Positions 27,421-39,400 of a stretch of DNA of 64,000 nucleotides are shown one piece after another. A program made the translations under genes and the position numbers. The DNA is from Camelus dromedarius. Its lineage: Eukaryota. The notes beneath the pieces are model-generated. The model was not told the DNA's origin. It saw nothing but the letters and a program-made list of their open reading frames with translations, and ran no database searches. The DNA is taken from assembly GCF_036321535.1 (NCBI RefSeq), contig NC_087451.1, forward strand, positions 31,558,001 to 31,622,000, in the 5' to 3' direction. Every line of letters begins with the position of its first letter. Position 1 is the stretch's first letter.

Positions 27421-29749
27421 AAAAAAGGAAGAACTTATTCTGTCTATAACAGGCTTGGATTTGCATGGACACATCTGAAAAGTCGTAACTGGGGTTACTT
27501 CTGGGACAGAGGTGCTTGGGGGCCAAGGAGGGCACTTTTTGCTTTTCCCTTTACACCTTCTTTACCGTTTGAACTTTCAACCCTCAATAAGTATCACATT
27601 TAATTTGAGAAACAGTTTTAAACCCAGCTTGCAGATTTGGGCCCCCAAGTTGCTTCAGGCATGTTAAGCATTTCCTTTGCTCTCTCTTCCTTATGAACTA
27701 TTTGAAAGGCTGCCCATGCCTGGCCTCTGTATACCCTGGTCCTTTCTCTCATTTTTTATCTANNNNNNNNNNNNNNNNNNNNNNNNNNNNNNNNNNNNNN
27801 NNNNNNNNNNNNNNNNNNNNNNNNNNNNNNNNNNNNNNNNNNNNNNNNNNNNNNNNNNNNNNNNNNNNNNNNNNNNNNNNNNNNNNNNNNNNNNNNNNNN
27901 NNNNNNNNNNNNNNNNNNNNNNNNNNNNNNNNNNNNNNNNNNNNNNNNNNNNNNNNNNNNNNNNNNNNNNNNNNNNNNNNNNNNNNNNNNNNNNNNNNNN
28001 NNNNNNNNNNNNNNNNNNNNNNNNNNNNNNNNNNNNNNNNNNNNNCTATCAGATGGCACTGTTGATGGCTGGTGGTTTCTAAATGAGGAAAATGAACTAA
28101 TTTTAATCATTATGGAAAAAAAGGAAAATTTGTTTTCTTAGAAGTGTTTTTATAGAAAGGTCATTTAAACTCAGCATCTTTAGAAACTAGAGGGGGGAAA
28201 AATTCTCCAACTACTCTACTTACCATTTCAGTATGTTGTGGTGTTCTCCTGAAGTTTTTTTGCTGTGCATCTATCATATTTTAAATGGCTGTAACCCCAG
28301 GGAACATATGCTATTGTGATCTGCTTCTGTGATTCTGCCATACCATATTCACTTTCAGTATTGCTGCAGGGCCAAAAAACATTAATTTGGAGGAATTGTA
28401 CACCTAATTCCTCAGAGCACAAAGTCTTGAGTTAGGAAGTTGCCAAACTAAAGAACAGGCTGTTGGGGGAGCAAGCTCTTCCTCCTTCCCTCCGGAAAGA
28501 GACTCTCCGGGAGTGGGCAGCGGTGGGGGCTCCGTTAGGACCGGCACCTTTGTGTTCTGAACATTTACAAATGAAAGGCAAGTATCTGAGGCTGCAGCTG
28601 AAACACTACTTTCTCCTTTTGCTCAAGCAGTTTGTGCTGAGTGTAGTTGGGAAAAGACAACTTTTCCTGAATCAATGTCCCCTTGTCAACACCTACCCGA
28701 CATGGGGTTGGGACTTACCAAAGCTCACCATTTCATTCTGTCTGCCCTTTACCAGATATGGTCATCATAAATGGAACCTGCTTTTCACAATGGATTTTCC
28801 TGAAAATCAGATCGGCAGCTTCTCATAACAATAAACGGAACTCCTGAGCTACCCAGCACGGGGAGGCCGAGAACAGCCTCAGCTGTACCCTCTCCTGGCC
28901 AGCTGTGTTGACTTAGCGCAACTGACTCTCTGAGCCTGACCTTCCTCATCTGCAGAAGGGAAACCACAGCTGTGCCTGACTTGTAAATTCATTGTGAGGA
29001 TTAGGTTAGGTGGTGTTTGTAACAGAGATGGGCAAACAGAAAGCTCTCAGTACATGGTAGCTAACTACCACATTACACTTAGAGGAAGAAATCTGAGAAA
29101 ATGTGAAAACACACACACGTAGTTTATTTAAAAATTGCAGTGGTATTGTACAAGGTTCAAAGTGTTTGTTCACAACCCTAGAGAATTCCTTCCTGAGACC
29201 TATATAACAAGGTGTTACCACGATTTTCTGGAGTGTCTTCTGTGGACTGGGTGCTGTTCAGAGCCTCTCAGCGCTGGTCCATCTGAGTCCAAAGCCCTTT
29301 GCACCACAGCCCTCAAGCTCACTTATTCTTCACTGTGGCACCTAACAGTTTAAACCTTTCCTTTCTCTTAGTTCTCGAGACTGCATAAGGACCCTTTACA
29401 GGTCAGGATTATGGTTTTGGATTCCTCTGGGTCCGTGGGCGACCACTCTGTCCCCATCCCAGGGCTTACACACAGGGCCCACTCCATGAGCTTTTTTCCC
29501 AAAGGGGAAAACGACTACATAGGCCTTTCGTTCATTAAATGGGTACATATTAGGCGACTACTGTGTGACAAGCTCTGTGCTGTGCTTTGTGGGGAATGTG
29601 ACATCGGTGTCTGAATTCAGAAGTCGATCTGGAGGAACGAATTCATCAGCAACCTTTGTGAGAATGAGCCTTCCCAAATCTTGCCGAGAAGACAGCAAGT
29701 GAACTATAGTTGTCCTGCCAGCCGAGGGACAGACCACCGCTCGAAAACC

Positions 29750-30480
29750 TTCTCTGATAAGAGCGGGAACCCTCACCAAGGTAAAACCCGGCCATAGACC
29801 CTCCGGCCACACCCAAGATGGCCACCTGCCCCGGCCCCTGTACTGAGCACGCAGGCGCACTTCCGCTTGCCACTCCCANNNNNNNNNNNNNNNNNNNNNN
29901 NNNNNNNNNNNNNNNNNNNNNNNNNNNNNNNNNNNNNNNNNNNNNNNNNNNNNNNNNNNNNNNNNNNNNNNNNNNNNNNNNNNNNNNNNNNNNNNNNNNN
30001 NNNNNNNNGCGGAAGTGGGTGTGACAGGGACGGGAGCCGAGAGGGCACTCTGAGGCACGATCCTGGGCAGGGGGAGCCGCAGGGTCGAAGCCATGATTCC
30101 CCCGCAGGAGGCGTCCGCCCGGCGGCGGGAGATCGAGGACAAGCTGAAGCAGGTGGGGCGGGGGCCGGGGAGGCGGGGGAGAAGGTGAGGGAACGGGCCG
30201 AGATCTGGGCCGAGCGGCTACTCAGGGAGGAGGCTGGAGTGGAAGGGGGCATTGCCTACTAGGAGACCGGGCTGGGGGCGAGGCCGTAGGGCGGGGACGC
30301 GAATGATCTGTAGCCTCCAGCTTCTGGTGATGTCCTCCCTTGCTCTCCCCCTAGGAGGAGGAGACACTGTCCTTCATCCGAGACAGCCTGGAGAAGAGCG
30401 ACCAGCTCACCAAGAACATGGTAAGTAACCTCTTAGCTGGGAGGGCCTCCAGACGCTGGAGAAGAACGCCGCCGCCACTG
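29750..30480. promoter_or_regulatory. EXOC7 CpG-island promoter with ETS motifs
   Basis: CACTTCCG 29858-29865 and GCGGAAGTG 30009-30017 flank a 130-N run. Confidence 0.7.
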
Positions 30481-33400
30481 GTGGTTACGTATGTAAGGCC
30501 CGGGGGTTCTAGTCTGGGTAATGCATGGGTTTCTTTAGCAGCAGTGTGGCATGTCTCTTACCCAGCTCCCTTCCCCTTGTCCGCCCCTTTGCTGAGGATG
30601 CTGCAGCCCTCCCGCTGGCCTTGGCTTTCTGCTTTCTCTCCTTCCACGAACATTTAGTGAGACTGACCTAGTGGGCCATGTGTCATTCTCAATTCAAGTG
30701 ACTGTAGGATTGCCTGGTTACCACTTGTGAGATTACCGAAGGCAGAAGAACACTCAGCCTTCACCCTAGAAGGCTGTGGAGCTAAAATGAGCTCTGAAGT
30801 TAAATCTGGGATCTAGTCCTCGCCCCTCCACTTATTTCTGTGTGGCTCCTGACAGGTAACTCTGAGCCTCAGTGAACTCGTCTGCTAAAACAGAGACAGT
30901 GCCAACCTCCAATGTGGCTGTGAAGGTCAGCCACAGAAGCTAGTGTGGGGAGACACACCTTGCACAGTGCCTGGTGTACAGTAGGTACTCAATAAATATG
31001 AGTTTCCTTCCTTAATCCTGGAGGAGACTGGGAAAGCACAAACTGAGTATGTTCAAACTTGGGTATGTATTTAGTAACACAGTCATCAAATCCTAGTCTT
31101 TATTTAATAAAATGCAGCCTTAGAGGGTTTTGAAGGTTCCAGCAATGCATTTGAGGCTACTCTGTATGAAACTACTTCTTGTTCAGTCTAGGAAAGCTTC
31201 AGAGAGAATAGAAATTCAGATTTGGCTTCAAAGGGTGGAAGAAAAGCTGTCCCGAGTTGATTATCTGAAGAGGAGTTAATGTAATTCTTGATTTGCCTTC
31301 AAATCAAACTTCAGCCAATTCATTTGAACCACCTCCTATGTGCCAGCCACGTGGTAGGTCCTGAGGACACAGTAGTGAACAAGGAGACTCTGAGGCCTGA
31401 GAGCACATGGCTTCCCCCCGCAGGTGTCTATCCTGTCATCCTTTGAGAGTCGCCTTATGAAGCTGGAGAACTCCATCATCCCTGTGCATAAACAGACAGA
31501 GAACCTGCAGCGGCTGCAGGAGAATGTTGAGAAGACGCTGTCCTGCCTGGACCACGTCATCAGCTACTACCATGTGGCGAGTGACACTGAGAAGATCATC
31601 AGGGAGGGGTGAGCTAGGGCCAGAGGTCCCAGTCCTGATGCATCCTGGATCAGGGGCTGCAGGCCTTGGAAGGGAGGGGTATAATGTATTTAACCCTAGA
31701 GCCCCCTCGGTTAGTTGTCTTATCCCCTTTCCAAATACCATTCCCTTGGTCCTTCCTCCTCATCTTCCGTCTGCTCAGGCTGATGTGGCTCTTTTCCTTT
31801 TCAGCCCCACAGGTAGGCTGGAAGAGTATCTGGGAAGCATGGCCAAGATTCAGAAGGCTGTGGAGTATTTCCAGGACAATAGCCCAGACAGCCCAGAGCT
31901 CAACAAAGTGGTAAGAGGGCCAGCACAGTGATGTGGGAGGTATGGGGACACCAGTCCCTCCCCTGGTCTCAGGAGAGAGACTAGACCAGCTTAAAGGAGA
32001 TTATAGTAGAATAAACAGAAGTATATAATACAATATACACACTACAGGCATGAGACCTCTGTTTCAGGCAGATATATGTCTTAAAAATTTAACTAAATGA
32101 TAAATTACTTATAGAATATAAATTTAAATTTTGACTATTATAAATGCATTGGTTTTTTATTGTAGTAAAAAAATACATAATGTAACATTTTAACCTTTAA
32201 AAGTTTTTTTTATTTTTTTTTTTATTTTTTTTTTTTGGCAGAGAAAGTAATTAGGTTTGTTTGTTTATTTTTAGAGAAGGTACTGGGGATTGAACCCAGG
32301 ACCTTACTCTACTACTTGAACTATACCCTCCGCCTTCCATGTTAACCATTTTTAAGTGAACGGTTCAGTGACGTTCAGTACATTCATGCTGTTATATAAC
32401 CATTTCCAGCAGTCTTTTCATCATCCCAGACTGAAGCCCTGTGTCTATTAAACAATAATTCCCCTTCTCTCCCCCCCAGCCCCTGGCCATCGTCATTCTA
32501 CTTTCTGACCCAATGAATTTGACTACTCTAGAGACCTGCATTCATGTTTTGTTTTTGGTTTTTGTTTTTAACATTTTTTATTGATTTATAATCATATTAC
32601 AATGTTGCGCCAAATTCCAGTGTAGAGCACAATTTTTCAGTTATATGTGAACATATATATATTCATTGTTGCATTTTTTTCTCTGTGAGCTACCATAAGC
32701 TCTTGTATATATTTCCCTGTGCTATACAGTATAATCTTGTTTATCTGTTCTACAATTTTGAAATCCCATCTATCCCTTCCCACCCCCCGTGCATTCATGT
32801 TTTTATATTTGATTTTTGTGTGTCATATCTTTGTGGTTAAGTATTGGGGTCATCGGGTCCCCAGAGCGAGATCACGAAGGGCTGGGAAGTGAGGTTTACT
32901 CCCTGCACTGAGGAACGGAGAGAATGCAGGGGAGAATGCAGGCGGGAGAAGGGGCGGGAGCAGAGGCCCAGACATCCGAGAGGGCGAGGAGCTAGAGGCA
33001 GGGCCTCCTTGGCCCCAGTCACCTGGCCTACCTTCCTGGGGGCCCCACAGCTCCAGCCCTGAGGTATGTGTCTCACCCAGCGGAGGGAGTAGGCTGACAA
33101 ACAAAGATGGGAAACTGGCTTTTCTCCCACCCAAAACGCTTTTGCTTAGAACAGTGCTTCCAGCCTTTCTCCCATCATGGCTCTGTCAGAAATGAGAATA
33201 TTTAAATGGCACCCAGGGGTAAACTGGTAACTAACCAGTGGTGTCTGGCTGCCCACAGCCCCACCTGGCTGCCCAGAGGACTGACAGAATCAGTGCCTTG
33301 GCGCTCCAGTAACTCAGTGAGGACACACCAGTATAACCAGTGTCCTGCAGCCCGTGGGTAGGAAGCCTAGACTCAGAGATTAGGGATGCCAGGGGCTAGA

Positions 33401-36400
33401 GAACTTTGTTCCTGAGGGTATCCATCAGGTTTGGATGACACCATGAAGAGCTCTGTCCTAGAACGTGGGTATGGGAGTGGGCTAGAGATGGAGAAGACAA
33501 AAACTGTAAACCTGTAGGTTTACCCCACTTGTCTTTTCAGCAGACACACTCCAACTCCTCTCTCCATTTTTAAAGCATCTCTATTGAGATGTTTTATTCA
33601 CATACCATAAAATTTACCCATTTAAAGTATAAAATTCAATGGTTTCAGTATAATCACAGAGGTGTGCCACATCACCGGAATACATTTTTTAACATCTTCA
33701 TCACCCCGAAAAAAGAAACCCGAACCCCTTGGCAATCGCACTTCTTCCGTCCCCTCCCCCAGCCACCCAGCCTCTGGGAGTCACTAATCTACTCTCTGTC
33801 TCTGTAAATTTGCCTTTTCTGGACTTCTGTAAATGGAATCAGACAAGCCTGGCTTTTATAATGCAGCATTAATGTTTTCAAGTTTCATCCACACGGTAGC
33901 CTGTGTCAGTGCCTCATCAACTCTGTGGCTGAATAATCTTGTGTTGCAAGGATCTGCTACATTTCATTTATCCGTTCATCACTTGATGGATGCTCCACTT
34001 TTTGGCTGTTGTGAAGAGTGTTGCTATGAACCCTTGTGAATATCCTTTTGTGGGGACGTGTTTTCAGTTCTCTCATGTGGTCTGGGTACCTGTCACTTAT
34101 GAGGTACATGATCTGCAGGTATTTCCCCTCATTCTGTGGATTGTCTTCTCACTTTTTTGATGGTATCATTTGCAGTACAAAAGGCTTTAACGACATAGCC
34201 CAATTTATCTATTTTTTTCCTTTTGCAAACTCTTTTCTCACAAGAATGCAATGAGAGAGTAATTGGCTGGGATTTATGAAGTGCCTACTTGTAAAACTCT
34301 GGGTTTCACCTGCGAACATACATTTTTGAGAGAACACAAGGTAAAGAACTAATCAAGGAAGCCTTTCCGGTGTATCTTCTCTGGGAGAAAGGAAGTGAAG
34401 GCAGAGGAGGGCCGAGGCCCAGAATCAGGAAGGCAAAGGAAGGGGGTGGGAAGGCGAGGGCTGGCTGAACTCCGCCGTGAACCCCCTTCCGTCCTTCCTT
34501 CCCTCCCTCCACTGTCCCTGCAGAAGCTGCTCTTTGAGCGGGGGAAGGAGTCGCTGGAGTCCGAGTTCCGGAGCCTGATGACCCGGCACAGCAAGGTCGT
34601 GTCCCCTGTGCTCATCCTGGATCTGATCAGCGGTGAGGATGACCTGGAGGTCCAGGAGGAGGTGCCCCTGGAGCACCTGCCCGAGAGCGTGCTGCAGGAC
34701 GTGGTCCGCATCTCCCGCTGGCTGGTGGAATACGGCCGCAACCAAGGTGAGCCCGCCATGCGGCGGGGCCCCCACGGCAGGGCCGGAGTGGGTGGGACTT
34801 CCCACTTTGTTTCTTTAATCCACCTGCATTTCTTTTAATAAAAAGAAGTTTGAGGGAGAGGGGAACAGCTCAGTGGTAAAGTGTATGCTTATCATGCACA
34901 AGGTTCTGGGTTCAATCCCTAGTACCTCCAGTGAAGAGAGAATAATAATTAAAAGGAAAAGAATTTTAATAGGGGACAATATGAGCAATAAATCTACGCT
35001 TATATATCAAATTATAAATCTAGCCAGACCCAAGTTTTTCTTTAATATACCTTACTTTCCTGTTTCTTTACCTCTTTTTGATTAGTTATAGAAATTTTAA
35101 ATAGCACAGGGAAGCTTAGGTGGAAGCAAAGGTCTGTCTCCCCACTTCCCTGATGCCTACAATATCATAACCCAAAGATGAGTACTGTTAAAGCTTATTT
35201 ATAACTGTCCGAAAAAAATCTTTATGTAATTTTGTGTGTATGTGTGAGAGAGAATTAATGTGTGTAGTGTGTCCTCTCCTTGCTCCCAAATGGAAGGGAG
35301 CGTACTAAACACTGTCCTACCATTGTTTTGGGGTTTTTGTTTTTCACTTAGTGATGTGCCTTGAGAGTGTTCCACGTCAGTACTTGTATAGGTGCTTCAT
35401 TTCATTCTTTTTAGCACCTGCATAATATTCCATGGAGTGGTGGTACCATCATTTCTTAAGCCAGTCCCAGGATTTAAAAAAAAAAAAATCTTGAGTTAAA
35501 CAAAATTTAAAAACAAAAAACCAAAACTCTAATGAATATTCAGTTTGAAGCTTTTTAGCCGTCCAAGCTTTTCTCTGTGTTAACGTTATACACACACCAA
35601 ATTGTCAGCATGCGTCATTACCATCCCCGCCTTCCCTCAAGGACTGTGCGGTGCTGCCCTGTACTGACCACACGGACACGTCTGTGGCTCACAAGCTGCG
35701 CTGTGGGAGCTGGGGGCCCTTGTGGATGCCTCCCAACCCCTTAGCCCCCTTCAGACAAAGCCTCTGTGCTTTTGGTCCGTTTTTCACATTGGCATTCCTT
35801 GCAACACGTTGTTGGGAACTGCTGAAATGTACCATGTATCGATGTCTTTCTCCTCACTTGTTTGCATTTGGATTTTCAAGTTTTCCGGCCAGTACTGGAA
35901 TAAATAGTGCTGCAGACCCGACTTGTATGGCTTGCTTTTCTTATTTAGGAAGTTCTTTGGGGGTATTTTCCCAGAGGTGCAGTTATCAGGTAGAACTGTC
36001 TGACCAGATCTGTGACTTTCTTGGCATCTTGAGTTCCTCTCCAGGTAGATGGGGCCCATCTGGTGACCCATCAACAGACCCATAGCTATTTGTTCTTTTT
36101 TTTAATTGAAGTATAATCAGTTACATTGTGTCAATTTCTGGTGTACTGAATACTTCATTAATTTTATTTATCTGAGTTATTTGACAGGGTTGTCACTGTC
36201 CTTTGTTTTTTTTTTTATTTGCATTTCATGAACATCTAAAGAAATGGTGTTTTTTCATTCACTGATGCTTGTCTCTTTACCACCAATAAATTACATCCTT
36301 TGTTTGACCCCTTACCAAGCTGAATCTGGATATTAACTTTATATATATGTATATATATTTATCTAAAAACTTTACTTTCAAAACTTACAACTAATTATTG

Positions 36401-39400
36401 GTTTTCCTGGGGGATATTTTCCCTTTTAAGACTTTGCCTGACTGGGAACGAGGCCACGTGGGTGGCTGCTAGGAGGGAGTTAGCAAGCAGCTGTAGTGGG
36501 CTCCGCTGCTGCCCTGCGGGCTGCTCCTGCTGGGGAAAGGGAGGTTCCCATGGCCAGGCAGAGGCAGACACCCCAGCAGTCGCCTGTCTCTCCTCAGATT
36601 TCATGAATGTCTACTACCAAATCCGCTCCAGCCAGCTGGACCGCTCCATCAAAGGCCTGAAGGAGCATTTCCGGAAGAGCAGTTCTTCCTCTGGGGTTCC
36701 CTACTCCCCTGCTATCCCCAACAAGAGGAAAGACACGCCCACCAAGAAGCCAGTCAAGCGACCAGGTGAGCCCCAACCCTGGCCCACCTGAGAACTAGCC
36801 AGAAGGCTGCACAGGACCCGGTTGCCTTCAGCCACCTTGGGGTTAGCAGCGTCCGCCCCTCCAGAGCTGGTTCCCACAGTAACCCCCGACCGTAGGTACA
36901 TAAGACAGAAAGCAAGTATCTACCACCCGGCAGGGCGCCGTCCAGTGAGCTCCTCCCTCCACCCAGCCAAGTCTGGAGGTCTTTGGAGTGGGGAGTCATA
37001 GGTGTGGGGAGGTGGGGTGACGGGGGTGCCAGGGCTGGGCCACTTGCTGGGTCCCCTTCCCCTCCCTTCGTTGTCCTGTCAGGAGGCAGGCACCCTGCTG
37101 CAGCCGAGACTGTGGGCTGGGATGGGGACAGGCACTGCAGCCTTCACCCTCCAGAAAGCCGGGAGTGGCTACAAAGGGTGTAGGGGAGAGGTGACACTAC
37201 CACAGTCGTCCCAGAAAGGAAAAAAATCCCAGGCCATCCTCTCCAAAGAGCTTAATCTGGCTTTTGGGCTCCACACGAAGTTAGTGCCTTGTGGTGGGAG
37301 AGTCGAGGGAGGGGTGTTGAGGTGGGAGAGGCCTGGGCTGTGGATTGTTGGTGTCCTGGGCAAACAGCTTGCTGTCTGTCCTCATCGTCACGTCCCCTGT
37401 AGTCTGTGCTCCAGGTAAACCACGTCCCCTTGTGTCAGCTTCGGCTTGGCAAGCCTGGCTGTTTCTGGCTGCTAAGAGGTGTTGCCCTCGAGGGGCTGGG
37501 GTATCCCAGGGGTGGGGGCTGCAGGCACCAGGGAGAGGAGGTCAGTAAAGCTGGGGGCTACTCCCACCTTAGCCCGCCCTGTCCAGCTGCTGCTGCAGGC
37601 ACACACCCTCGGGTGCACTAGTGGGACCTGCTCCTCGTAGCAGCGTCTTGCCCACCTGCTCATGCCCCTCAGAGAGCAAGATGCCTCTTTGCACTCGCCA
37701 TTAGCCCCTGCCACTCCCCAGGCCTTTGTTTAGGGTTTGGAGAAATGGTAGAGCAGGGGCTGCCTGCAAGGGACAGGTGAGTACGGCATCAGGGAAGCCT
37801 GATGGCCCCAGCAGGAAGTGTGCAGCCTTCTCCCCTCCAGTGTGGGTGTCCTGGCCACCCCCCTGGAGAACCTGCCACGAACAGTGACTCTTCTAAGCCA
37901 GCCTGGGCAGCCACAGCTGCCTGCAGGCCCATCTCTGCCCTGTGCGTTGGGCAGGGGCTCTCTGTGGGGCGACGAGGCTGCCTGGGCTCTCTTCCCCTCC
38001 GTCTCTTCTCTGACGGGCCCACTGGAGGCCCCAGGACCCAGCTGTACCCAAGAGTGCTGGCTGGCCACGCGGGGAGCAGGGATCTGACCCTGGGGCTCCC
38101 TGTGGATCTAATCCATCTTTGGCTTCTAGCCCCAAGGGGAAAACTCTGCCTGTGAGCATCCCTCTGGCTTCTTTCAGGCTTCAGCAGTTGTTAAGAGCTG
38201 GTGGGCTCAGGACTGATGTCAGGACCTAGGGCTTCAGGCCCCTGGGACATCAGTTCCTAGCTCTGAGGAGAGGAACAGGGAGGCCTCAGTGGGTAATGAA
38301 ACACCAGCCCCAGCGTTGTCTGCAGTAATTGGGCACCTGATGGGTTTGGCACCTGCCAGATAGTGTCCCAGCCCACATCCGTGCCAGTGCGCTGATGCGG
38401 CTCCCAAAGGCCCGGTGGGCCCATCTGCTCCTGGTCGGTTGTGGGGCAGGAATCTGATTGGCTCATTAGCGGGGCCGCTCACCGAAGGGGGAAAACACAG
38501 CAAGACAGCTGCTGAGCCGGGGCCCCAAACTTGCTTATTAGTAGCTAATTGTGGTTGGTGCAAACAGAAATGAGACACTCCGGATGCGCTCCCTTCTCCC
38601 CCAGACTTTTGGGAAACTGCCAGGACCCAAGCAGCCTCACTGTGTTCAGAGACGCGGGGTGGGGGAGGGGGGGAGGCGGGGGGAGCAGCACGGGAGTCTC
38701 CAGGGGAAGGGGACCAGAGTTACCCTCATGGGTTCCTGCCGTGCCCCCAGTACATTTTATTAATAGGGCAGCTGTATGCATCTGTTTTAGTGCTGTTTTA
38801 CCGTCCCACATTCTCTGCTCTGAGATGTCTCATTGCCCCGGAGGTAGCTGACTTGGAGGCTGTGGGCGCTGTAGTTTTGTTCTCATTGTTCTCACTGTGA
38901 TACTAACTGTTGGTTTCTCCCCCACGCCGAGAGCAGGCACCCATTCCCGCTGCCCTCCCTCCAGCTCTCTGTGTGGTGGCTTCTGTTAATTTCTTGGCTT
39001 TTGAGTTTTTCCCAATGGCTCTGGTGGTTCGGGTAACTCCTCTGGTGTGTGGGGCCCGTCTGCCTCGGGGTCTCCGAGCCTTTCGTCTTGGGCACCGCTC
39101 TCTCAGGGAGCTCAGCCCCATCTCACCGACTCCTGGGTTCTGCTTCCCATTGACTGCTGTTTGGCCACGTCCCAACACTGAGCATGCCCAGAGAACTCTG
39201 CCTGTGCTCGGGGCAGGGCCACAGCCTGCTCCAGGGTGCCCCCAGGCTCAGCCTGGCCACGCCCTCTGGGTGTGAGAGCTTTCTCCCTAGCTCTTCCATC
39301 CCAAACCCTTGTCTCTTCTGATTGAAAGACCACTCAGTACTTCTGGTGGATCTTCGCCCGGCTCATCTCCTACTTCCTCTGCCCTTCCTAAAACGAACTC

